From the NCBI GenBank assembly GCA_044892525.1, contig CM097885.1:162502001-162566000 (forward strand): a stretch of DNA of 64,000 nucleotides. Direction: 5' to 3'. Under the pieces are notes generated by a model. The model was not told the DNA's origin and made no database searches. It worked only from the letters and a program-made list of their open reading frames with translations. Source of the DNA: Schmidtea polychroa (Eukaryota). This document shows, piece by piece, positions 37,301 through 48,183 of the stretch. Numbering within the stretch: position 1 is the stretch's first letter; each line of letters begins with the position of its first letter. Position numbers and translations under genes: made by a program.

Positions 37301-38527
37301 GTAAATGAGTTATGCAATATATAATCTTTTTAATTAGATATTCATAAAATTTTTGTTCAATTTGCATTTTCTTATGAAATGTGAGATTCACAATTTCTCT
37401 TTCGAACTCGAAATAGCTGATAGAAAATGAATAATCCAAGAATTTATTTTTTGCATGTCAATAGTTAGTCCTAGATTTAACTTCACCAATAAATCCCGGC
37501 GAACAATTATAATTTTCTAAACGACAGACCAATTTTCTGTCAATGTAGTCTTTATGATTGAGAGCTGCTTGTAAAATCGATATTTTGGATTATATTCTAT
37601 TCTTTTCCATTTATGTTTAATTTAATTGTATTAAGCTTCATTTTATGAATATTCATTCTGAGATTCTTATAGATATTTTCTTTATAAGTAGCAAACTTGC
37701 TATATCACTAAATCCATATCATGTTACTGTTGATTCTTCATGACTCCGATATTCAAAGATTTATTAAAACCTCCAATAACAGTTAATTAGTTAGTACCAA
37801 CACTAAAAACTAAAGTAGTTTTAGTTTTCTTTTTCTCTACGATTTTCAACACTTCATAGCTTCTTACGTTTTATAAAATTATGCATTATTTATTGACTAT
37901 TAATTTTTAAAAAATCAAAAGCATAAATTGATTATCAATAAATTTCTTATGCAGTTAATACTTCAATTTTTTCAAAAAATTGTTATGGTTTTAGAAATTA
38001 AATGAAAATAATTATGCAAATAAAAAATTATGCCTCTAAATTTAATATTATAAAGATTAATTTTATATTCAATTAAGTTTTCAAAAAATATTTATAAGTT
38101 TGTTTAAAGATTACTTACGCCATAATTTTTTGATTCTCCAACATTATAAGTCAATGTATCCATTAATTGTTTACGAGGAGATATTATACTTTCTTCTAAA
38201 ATAAATTCTTTATTTTTAAATAAGTATTTAATGGTAAATGGCAAAGCTTTGAAATGTTTTTTAGTTGTAAGCCGCTTTGTGTATAGACTACCATCTGGTA
38301 AAATTTCTCTATGTATTATATCTTCAGACAAAACATGTTTTCTAAAATGTCATTATCATTTATAGTATGCTTCATAAGCCATACGCATAGGGATTTGGAT
38401 ATCTTTTCCAAAAAAAAGAGGCAACGATATTCCAGGTGTAATTTAAATAAGTTGACGTTTTATATGCTTTGGCTTAATTAAATAATAAATATGGATATTA
38501 CATAAGAAATATATGAGAATTACTCAT
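28065..38527 (-). CDS. PRELID1: PRELI domain-containing protein 1-like (mitochondrial intermembrane lipid transfer), 190 aa, 4 exons
   Basis: Exons 38524-38527, 38385-38472, 38119-38341, 28065-28322 (573 nt, all GT-AG, frame continuous): MTKAYKTSTYLNYTWNIVASFFWKRYPNPYAKHVLSEDIIHREILPDG...NVGESKNYGILYEKCSY...GYEYVI; matches PRELID1 motifs FWxRYPNP, KHVLxED, ExCxY. AATAAA at 27990-27995. Confidence 0.88.
28842..29283. mobile_element. hAT (Tip100-like) non-autonomous element
   Basis: TAGGGTTGC...GCAACCCTA termini; TSD gtatagat/ggatagat. Confidence 0.85.
29508..29821. mobile_element. hAT Buster-type MITE
   Basis: TIR CAGTGTTTCTCA; TSD cattagac/cattagcc. Confidence 0.9.
29969..31802. mobile_element. 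Tc1/mariner-pogo-type non-autonomous element hosting a nested hAT
   Basis: TIR CAC(C/A)TAATTCTGTTTTTAC, TA flanks. Confidence 0.75.
30118..31271 (-). mobile_element. Internally deleted hAT element
   Basis: TAG(A/G)GATTGTA termini; perfect TSD ATACATAC; RPTSVDSERVFSSSG dimerisation motif. Confidence 0.9.
31930..33030 (+). mobile_element. BEL/Pao integrase C-terminal remnant, split by a MITE
   Basis: KWSLARVLELYAGRDGRSRVMKV resembles the BEL WPLGRV..GxDGxVRV motif. Confidence 0.65.
32187..32660. mobile_element. hAT MITE
   Basis: TIR CAGCGTTTC(G/C)CAAA; TSD gtttagag/ctttagag. Confidence 0.9.
33397..34122 (+). mobile_element. pogo/Tigger deletion derivative with CENP-B-type HTH ORF (33615-33917)
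   Basis: TIR CAGT(A/G)AAACCTCT, TA TSD; RKKLTLSEKMDVIK..LIARRFSCSKTQVHNI. Confidence 0.9.
35400..36101. mobile_element. hAT (Tip100-like) non-autonomous element with a nested hAT end near 35892
   Basis: TAGGATTGCCAACTC / GAGTTACCAAGCCTA termini; perfect TSD AACTGATG. Confidence 0.88.
36450..36810 (+). pseudogene. Weak fourth remnant of the LTR accessory locus
   Basis: ELKRRILNLEICNSR resembles EKSKILRLEHCRDS; shares intron motifs with 5986-6088. Confidence 0.4.
38119..38341 (-). CDS. PRELID1: PRELID1-like exon 3
   Basis: KHVLSEDIIHREILPDG...TYNVGESKNYG|gtaagt. Confidence 0.9.
38385..38472 (-). CDS. PRELID1: PRELID1-like exon 2 (exon 1 = ATGA at 38524-38527)
   Basis: WNIVASFFWKRYPNPY; flanked by 51 nt and 43 nt GT-AG introns. 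Confidence 0.85.
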
Positions 38528-41123
38528 AAAATCATCTGTTTCTTTTATTGACGGCATATCAGAAACAAAATATTTCGAATCTATAAACTAATATTTTTAA
38601 CTTTAAAATGATACTGTAAATTAATAAATTTCGAAATTATATTAAACTTAAACAAATATCACGTTGATGAAATATTGAAACAAATAATCGTAAAAATATA
38701 ACATTAGAGAAGTATTATTTAATCACGGTGTTTAAAAATAAAAATATAGGTTCATTTACAACTTTATTCATTTAATTTAATTTTATTTTCATTTGTATTA
38801 TTAATGACAAAGATTTTGAGATGAAATCAAATCAACGATAAAAGATGGAATTAAAAAAAATAATTCCATTAAAGTTATGTTTTAATAAAAATCATAAAAA
38901 ATATTTTAGTCATGAAAGATCTTTGATGACCTAGGGGAAAGAACCACCTCATATTACCTTTAATTTTCAACTTTATACTAAATTATTAAGATTTTTAGAA
39001 GTTAGTACTTGATTATCATTCATGTGATAAAGTCATATCATTATAAAAAATGTCTTGATATAAATAATATCGATTTACTCGTAATTATTACTTGTTTGTG
39101 AAATCTTACAAAAGAATAATGATACTGGGAATGCGTAAATTTTACAACCCGGTGTTGCTATAGTAGGGTCGGTCTAATAATAATTCTCTATGGTAAGTAG
39201 CGTCGCGTGTCGACTGGCCCACTATGTCAAATGACTATAGCACCCGTTGTGGGAAAAACGATTAAATGTGTTTAAGTGAGACTAGGGTAATGGCACTGGT
39301 CTCGGTCATCATATTGCTTCTATACCATGTAGTCATAAAATACAGAGTAAGTGACTCATTATCTTGGACTGCTCACGTACATCGTATCACTTTCCTTGAA
39401 GCCTGACAAAAAGGTTTACGTCTTAACTTTATTACCTTCCACACATGATCACTTCCTAGCTTCCTGCCCTTGGCTACAATATTGGTAATTCGCCAAGGAG
39501 TGCGAATTATATATACAACTTAACATCATTCTCATGTATTCTAGACTCAAAGTCAACATTTAGATAAGGCTTATATAATGAAAGAGACATTTATTATTAC
39601 ACAAAAGGTGAATTAAATTTATGGTGAAACAGATAATCTTCATGTGTATTTCCCGAAATTACTTCATAGTCAGTGGAGTTTACAGGAGTTAAACAGAAAA
39701 AAAACATCACCCCAGATACTCATCCACATCAAAATTGATGTCTGCTAACAAAGGCCACCTTGTCCTGGAATTTCCAGTTACTTAGAGTTGACTAGGTTTA
39801 TCTTTTTATAATCATACTCCTATTTGCTTTCCTTCGCCTCATCTGGACCTGATTTTTTAAACTGCCCTCACCTTTGTCGGATGACATAACTTAGCGTTTG
39901 ATATTTGGTGATCGGTTCTCCAGTTACACTAACGTGTAGACTTTTTGGAGAGTTCTCCCCTGTATATTTATGACTTGGTTGGAGGGAAATGAAAGGCATT
40001 AGATTATCCTATGTGTACCTATTGATAGTAAAAGTGAACAGTCGTCAACGCTAAACACACTCAATGATAGAATCATTGAAGGTCATTTAACTTAATTTAG
40101 CAATGGAATTTAGTGTTCAGAAACTATCTGACTTCTTTACTGGCTACTTTATAGGTTTGGTTGGTAATTCGAATCTTAACACTGACATCACTTTACAATT
40201 CACGCCACATTTTTTACCAATCGGTATCTTAATTCTACCCTAGAGAGTGAAATTTTAAAACCTTCCTGAGTCCACATCACATTTATACTATGGTTTCTGA
40301 AAACTCTAGTTTTTAACACTCGTCAAATCCGAGTCGAGTCCGAATCTAATTTTAAACTAAAGTCAATAAGTGAAAAGGTTTAATATCCTGAAGTTCAATA
40401 ACAATTCTCATAGATGAAGGCTTTATAACAAAATACTTACTAGAATTTTTTAAAATTCTGACTTTTGACTGAAATTTGTGGTTGTCAATAATTAAAAAGA
40501 AAATGTACTCAAATTTATTATTTAATCAATTTTTTTATTTTGAAAAATCAAATTTTAAAAGTATATATTTGAACATTTATTTGATTCAATTCAGTTGCTT
40601 TTTTTGTCTTGAGGTCAGCAAGTCTCGACCTAATTTTATTACAGAAGCTGCCACTTATTGAAGATGTTCTTTCATTAGAAGTTGAAGTTGGTTTTATGGA
40701 TGTAGACATAAAGATTACTTATTTGTTTTCCAGTATTTTTGAAAAGCAAAAATTCCTATAATTTTAGTTTGCTATAAATCTCAGATTGTTTTGAATATTC
40801 AGCAGTGCTTTTCAAATTTAAATCAATTTCTTCCCCAATTGTCAATTTTTTTGATTTTCAATTATTATTAATTCTTGATCTTGCTAAGTTTCCGTTTATT
40901 CACTAATATCTTCTTTAGCCCTTTAGAAGGTACAAATTTTGAATTTTTAAGCGTTTTGAAGCAAATCCGTTAAATTTACATTTACTCACTCATCAATTCT
41001 CTTCTCCATATTTTTTAATAATTCAAACGCTATTTAACTTTTACAGTTGAAGATATTTCTTTTCGTGTACTCCAATGCAATAATAATTAATAAATAATAA
41101 ATAATCTTTATGTGTGTTTATGT

Positions 41124-41279
41124 CAGGGGTGGGCACGCATGAGGTCCTCGAGAGCCAAATACAGGTTTTCCCTGTATTACAAAGAGCCACAACATATTGT
41201 CTTATTCAATATTTACTATAAAATCAGATCTCAATTGGAGCCACACAGCTCATCAAAGAACCGCACTTGCCCATCCCTG
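41124..41279. mobile_element. 156 bp hAT MITE
   Basis: TIR CAGGG(G/A)TGGGCA; TSD 6/8 match. Confidence 0.8.
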
Positions 41280-42198
41280 GTATATATAAATATATGATTT
41301 ATTTTAAATAAAATATATTTTAAAAATAACTTAATATAAAATTTAGCTTTTTTATTAATTTAGTAAATATAAATCCTTTATTTAAGATTAAATATAAAAA
41401 ATATGTTTTTATAGTGAAGAATAAAAATAAATTTATGCTATATTCTAGCTTCATTATATTATCTAAACTAGTAAATGAAAACTAAATTTATATTCAATTA
41501 TTATTCATTATGAGAATTTGTCGAATATTATTAATATTATATATTTTTTTTAAATATAAGAATTTTAATTTATGACATAAATAGAAAAAATTCAAAAATT
41601 TATTATAATAAAATTTAAAAATATAAAAAATTAATTATAATTATGTAAACTACTTTTAAAAAATTGAAACTAATATCAATAATTTTAAATTAAAAATAAA
41701 TATTTTTGGGGCGCCGTTTTATATTTTGCCTCAGGTACTAAAATGTCTCACAATGGCTCTGAAATTCAGTAGGAAAATTTGCATTTTTCTCCTTTGCACA
41801 ATTTAGACAATTTTATTTTTACATTAAACTCCACACGTGATGGATTCGTATGGCTCACTGGACACGTGCTGGCCAAATGGATGTTTATGGACGGCTGAGG
41901 ACGACTGTCTCGCTTGCCTGCTATAATTTTACATATAATATCGAGATAATATATAACTTTTCCAGTTTGGAAATTACCTCTCTTTTTAATGGCCTGCTGT
42001 TTGTAAAATAAAATTAATTTGACTTAATTAAATAATTATAATTTTTTTTGTTTATTATTATAATTAAAATATTATTTTTAAATAATATAATTTCACAGAC
42101 AGGAATTTTAGGAGAAATAAGTGAGGTATTATAGAAAGATAAATATGTTTAAGAATATATTATTATTTATTAAGTGTATTGAAAAATAAATGTATTAT

Positions 42199-42477
42199 TT
42201 ATACAATAAGTCGCTTCGATAATCTTGTGGCTGAATCAGAGAAAAGTATGCTTCGAATTTTACTAAATATTATATTCATTAGATAAAAGATCTTCTGTTT
42301 CATATCCCAACAAATTCCTTTGCATACTGCTGATACATAGAGTACATTAATGGATTGCCTCATTTTTAATCCTTCCGTTTGCAAATATCTTAATGGAGGA
42401 TTAAATCTTTTTCTATCATGTTGCGTTGCAACTGCAGCATCAGCAGCATCTTCATGGTTATCATCAGTGACACACAA
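42199..42477 (-). mobile_element. Possible Tc1/mariner (maT/rosa-like) transposase remnant
   Basis: TQHDR...QSINVLYVSAVC loosely resembles QNDR...SVMVWGAI. Confidence 0.35.
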
Positions 42478-45400
42478 TATTATTAAATAGAATTTGCCAT
42501 ATCAATTAGAAATATTATCTATCGCAGACATACTAGTTAATATCGCCGCCATNNNNNNNNNNNNNNNNNNNNNNNNNNNNNNNNNNNNNNNNNNNNNNNN
42601 NNNNNNNNNNNNNNNNNNNNNNNNNNNNNNNNNNNNNNNNNNNNNNNNNNNNNNNNNNNNNNNNNNNNNNNNNNNNNNNNNNNNNNNNNNNNNNNNNNNN
42701 NNNNNNNNNNNNNNNNNNNNNNNNNNNNNNNNNNNNNNNNNNNNNNNNNNNNNNNNNNNNNNNNNNNNNNNNNNNNNNNNNNNNNNNNNNNNNNNNNNNN
42801 NNNNNGCCGTGTGACTACTATACATTTTGGGTTTTGACAGATATATAAAAAGAGAGTTTCGAAATAGAAAAAAGATATAAAGATAAAGGGTTCTATAGTT
42901 TTTAAGAAAGCATTTTGTAAATGAGGAACTTACTCATTTGTGAATGTGAAGGAAATAATTTTATTATTTCTTTATATGTAATTGTACAATTTTATTTCCT
43001 TCTGACTAAAATATTAGCAGGAACTTCTTTTTATACTTTTTAAATATAAAATTTTGTAAAGCCTATTAAAATATTACAAAAATGAGATAGAATTGAAATT
43101 CGAGTAATCATAGAAAATCACATCTGTTGGATTAAAATAATGTTTTCGTTAGGAAATTTTTTACAACAAATTGGTGCTCGAATCTACAAAAGGCATCTCT
43201 TTCCAACACATAAATGTGTCCTCTATTTGGTAGATAAGGTCTTTTAACTTTTCTTACTAAGGTTAATTTTATAATTTCGCTTTATATTAATTCTTCATCC
43301 AGATTGCAAAGATGTGGGAATCCGCCAGTCTTTATATGGATAAATTTTTTATATATGGTTACCATTTTGATGGTACGTCGCCCTAGTTCTTGAAACTTCT
43401 GCCTTCAAGTTCTCTTTTCAATAAATTCAATGGAAAAAATAATCAGTGGTGAAATTNNNNNNNNNNNNNNNNNNNNNNNNNNNNNNNNNNNNNNNNNNNN
43501 NNNNNNNNNNNNNNNNNNNNNNNNNNNNNNNNNNNNNNNNNNNNNNNNNNNNNNNNNNNNNNNNNNNNNNNNNNNNNNNNNNNNNNNNNNNNNNNNNNNN
43601 NNNNNNNNNNNNNNNNNNNNNNNNNNNNNNNNNNNNNNNNNNNNNNNNNNNNNNNNNNNNNNNNNNNNNNNNNNNNNNNNNNNNNNNNNNNNNNNNNNNN
43701 NNNNNNNNNNNTGTAGGAGAATATTAAAGGAAATTCCAAATTAAAAATTTTCTTTGCTGCAAATTGGTGTGATACATTTTTCCAGGACTGCCGAGAGAGG
43801 GGGCAAGGGGTGCAAATGCCCAGGGCCCGGGTTCGATTTTTTATGTATTTAAATATAATATTACTGACACTTAAGTCGACTTAACTACAATCAGTTTAAA
43901 GTTCAAGCATCTGAATTCCATCAGAATAAATTGAATTGCTGTTCGGTGGGCCTGCACTTATATAGAATAAAATGTTATGCCAGAGATCAAAATTTTAATT
44001 TTACTGTTTTTATTTTAATTTTTTTAAATAAATATATGTTAAAAAATAATTTAAGTTATCAAGAGACCCGATATTTCAGTTTTGTTCCGTTGTCCGCATT
44101 TGCTAATGACAGTACCAACCAAAATGATAATATTTAATCTTTTCCATATGTTGAACTCAAACTTTAACTGATATGATATCCCTATTGTAATAAATCGGCA
44201 ACAAGTTTCAGCACTATTAGGTAACAGAGCCGAAATTTATCCAGAACTCTTTATTCAAATTTTGAAGTTGCGTCGCTCTTAAATTAACACTAAAGTTTCC
44301 TCTAATTTGTATTTTTGAACTTGTTTTGTTTTGCTGTTGAATTTAAGTGAGTTTTTCCAGTTTCAATCTTAACTTGGCTTTATAGAAATTGCATGCATTT
44401 ATTTTGAGTTCTATATGTTGTAAGTTAGGACTTTTTAAAGATTAAGGTGTTGATTGAAAAAACTATTTCAAATTTATAGAGGGCATGGACGATATAGGGT
44501 GTAAATTATTGTCAGAAAGTCGTCACCCCATTAGGATAGATTGTTTAGAAGTTGATGATATTAGAAAAGTCCTGAGAGAAGAATAATTGCTAATCTGCCA
44601 TAGTCAACAAATTATTATAGAGAAATTTATGGTGCTGAATTGGCAATATGCTAACGACAAAGATAGCTCTGTAGAAATTTCGGAACAACATAATTTAACA
44701 CCAAACAACTCACCAAAACTATGATTTATGTTGATGAAGCTTTAGAGATTTTTTAAAAATGTTTCCGGTCGGTAATTAATGATATAAACTGCTATAAGGC
44801 ACTTTATATAGATTTAAAGAAATAAAAATTCCCCAGCCTTTTGACATATATTTTGAGAAATAGAATTAAGTAATCCCGACTGCCTATATGCATCAAACAT
44901 TTCGTTCAGTTAACAGGATGTATTTTGTTGAGAACTTTTACTATTATTTTTTTAAATTGAATTTAATGTCCTTTAATACGCACACTAATACATATTTCTA
45001 TTTTATTCTAAAAATGTTAAGGATGAAATCTATTTTCTGTATTTCTATGAATTTCCATTTATAAACCTTGATTGAATTTAGGTTAAAATTTTTTTAGAAC
45101 TTTTATTCGACTCTAAGGAAGGTTTGAGTGTATAGAAATAAAAATCAGAGTTTCCATATGAATTTTTTCTTTTTTTCAACTGAAATAACATTTTGCGCAC
45201 TTCTTAAAAGAAAAACCGCATAATATTTTTGCATAATATTTAAGATCTTTGATAATCACTTTTAAAAACACCCTAATTTTGGAAATAAAATGATATCCAA
45301 TTATAAAATTATTTTCAAAACTTGTTCACACAGATCTGTTAGAACTGTCAAAAACATTACTGATGTCTTGATTAGTTTTAGTTAAACGACGTATTAATAA

Positions 45401-45747
45401 GTATATGATATAATTGATATAGTCAAACGAGCATAAATCAAAAATTTTATTCTATGATATGCCGCCAATTTATACAGGTTAGGTAGGTTACCAAACGAAA
45501 GTATTTTTCATCACCAGACATTGTGGCACCTATGAAGAGAATTCACTCTCACACAAACCTGCCAGTCACACAAGTGAACATAAAAAAAAATCACTAAACC
45601 ATGACCACATCAATTAAGATCATTTACAAGAAATTATCATTTAACGATTTTCTCATCGCACAAATTTGACTATTTTTCAATCAATAAAATAATATTTTTT
45701 TCAAATTGATTTTTTGCTTTTGAAAAATTTCTTAATTCTTTTTTCAG

Positions 45748-46165
45748 AAAATACGAGTTTTCATTGGTTGCCTGTTTCATAGACCGAAAGGATTAGTAAC
45801 CAATAGTGACAAAGCGCAATTCTCCAAGGTATGTGTGGAATCAAGAATTTGTGTGTATTTCATTTTGTGAGTGTGTGGCCGGCTATTGTAATGGCAGTAG
45901 AAATTTCTGTTCTTTCTTATCAGGTTTACGTTGAATAAATATATATGCAACCAATCTGGCTAAGTTGTGTGTATTAATAATTCTGTAAAAATGTATTTTT
46001 TATCAACAGACCTACTGCAAAGCTGCTACGAGCCAAGCAAGAATAGATGGACAAAATATAATAAGGATTAACTGGCTTTAACTGCTTCACTCGCAAATTT
46101 CTTTTCGACGACTTCGACTACGATCAAATCTCTTAATGCGCTTAGTTCTGGGCCGGATTTAGCAA
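45748..46165 (+). other. otx: Candidate Otx 5' UTR exons (45748-45828, 46010-46165)
   Basis: ttttcag/gtatgt and caacag/gtattg boundaries; the second exon splices in frame to 47770. Confidence 0.5.
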
Positions 46166-46471
46166 GTATTGGTTTTAATGTTCTTGTTTGTCATCTACAT
46201 AATTATCACCATTCCACAGTGGCGGGATTATATTTTAGTATTTTTTTTTATTTACAAAAAATATATAATTCGAATTTGAGGTACAGTAGCAGAAGCCGAT
46301 AGATCGAATAATCCGATCCCCACTGACCACAGTATTAGTGAACAGGCTTTCTCTAGTTAATCCTATTTTGTAATACTATGGAATTTATAGTTTGGGTAAT
46401 AGAAATGGAATGATTTATGATATTGTGAAATCGGCGCTAAACGTTAAAAAATTTTCTCGTTAATAGGATTA
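45790..46471. promoter_or_regulatory. Cluster of six TAATCC/GGATTA K50-homeodomain sites
   Basis: Sites at 45790, 46065, 46225, 46309, 46358, 46466. Confidence 0.6.
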
Positions 46472-47774
46472 AAATTTATTTGTAAAATTATTTTTCGAAG
46501 AAAAGCAATAAAGATTTCAAAATCGGCTTGGAATATTCTTCAACTTGGGATATTGATTTTTCTGTAAATGACAAAGATTTTATAGAGTTTTTTTACCGGT
46601 TTTTCTTCTCTCGTTTATATGGAAGTAAAATTGTAAAGTTTCCACTATTAATATTTATTTTATTTTATATTTTTATTCATTCAATAACATCTGGGAAATA
46701 AATCAATAAAATAATTTAAAATTTTGTAGATTTGTTTTAAAAATTATTTTAAAAATTGAATTTTTAATTTATATATATATATATTAATAATATCAGAATA
46801 ATAATCAATAATTTGATTATTTAACCCGATTAATAAAATAATTTAATCAACAAATTGATCCTTTCTCAAATCCATTTTTAAGAATTTTTTGAGAATTATG
46901 TTGTAAGTTTATCAATTTTATTTTTTATTTAAAATATTTCACAATTATTATTTATTTTATTTTATTTTATTTTTATATTTTTATATTATTATTTTATTTC
47001 CTACATATTATTTTTTTAAAGAACTGTTCAATTTTTTAGAGTTTCATAGATTCATTTATTTTAAAAAATTATTTTTTCTTAAATCAATTTTTTATTTATA
47101 TTTATTTTTTTTACAAATCAAAATATTGATAAATTATTTGAATATTTCAATAAAATAATTAAATCAATAAATTGATTCCTTCTCAAGATCGATTTCTAAT
47201 AATTTTTTGAGAACTTTTTTGTAAGTTTTAAAAATTATTAAAGAAAATTTTCATTGAAATTCATTTGAAATGGGAAAAAAATGTATTGAAAATTTCGAAA
47301 AAAATATTTTAAATGAAATAGTTTTGTAATTGTTAAAAATTGGTTAATAATTTGTTAGTGATTGAAAATAAACATATAAAAAAAGACTGCTCAGGTAGAT
47401 GCTCGAGGTCGGTGGGGGAAAATAGTCGATTTCCTATTCTCATTGTACAAACTAACAAATACGCAGAGGAGCGAATTCTAATTTGTTAGAGCATTATTTT
47501 TGATAACTTTCTTATTTCGCCTCGCCTCCTTAATCCCCGGTTTATCTCCTGAGAGTAATCTGTTTTTTTTTCTTTTGTATTCTCATGAGGCTTAAGAAAA
47601 ACAGGTTGTATTAGAGTCGATTCAAGTAAGATCAAGATGTAATTGAAAATTTTGTGCTATTCCTGATGCGATGATGTATAGTCGAGATGGATGCCTGTTT
47701 TTTGTATGGAAAAATATTTTAATTAAATTTTTTTTGAGTCAAATTAATTTATTTATTTTTAAATTATAGATACA

Positions 47775-48183
47775 ATGTTTCTATCTCAACCGATGCATCC
47801 AACAAACCATTTATCAATGTTTCCCTATTCTCAAGCCTTTACATCATCAGAATGTGGCTATCCAACAATAAATTCCTCCACATATTCCCAATATCCTATC
47901 AGTGCTATTGAACAAGCTTTTTCGGGATTCAATTCGAACGTTAATCTCTCCTCGACATCCGCGGAAAAATCTATTTCAGCAACTGCGGTTGGATCAAGTG
48001 AAACGTGTCTTAATTCTCGAGAAAGCTTATGGACCACAGCGTCAGGCTATCAGCCGCAATTGGCTCCACAGTATTCTTTCGACCACAACGCTATGACTGC
48101 TGCAAGTGCGTTGGCATTAGCAACAGGCGGATCGTCTTTCCCGAGTTCCCCGTATTTCCCCCAGCATCCAGCATTATATCAAG
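47775..48183 (+). CDS. otx: Otx coding exon 1 (Ser/Pro/Ala-rich)
   Basis: Ends CAA G|gtgagt. Confidence 0.85.

Noticed and set aside
42494-43744. ORFs spanning N runs (also near 24057, 33986, 48697, 50236)
   Set aside because: Open only because the gaps translate as X.
46835-47228. Local ~80 bp duplication in the Otx upstream intron
   Set aside because: Very AT-rich and degenerate; no functional signal.
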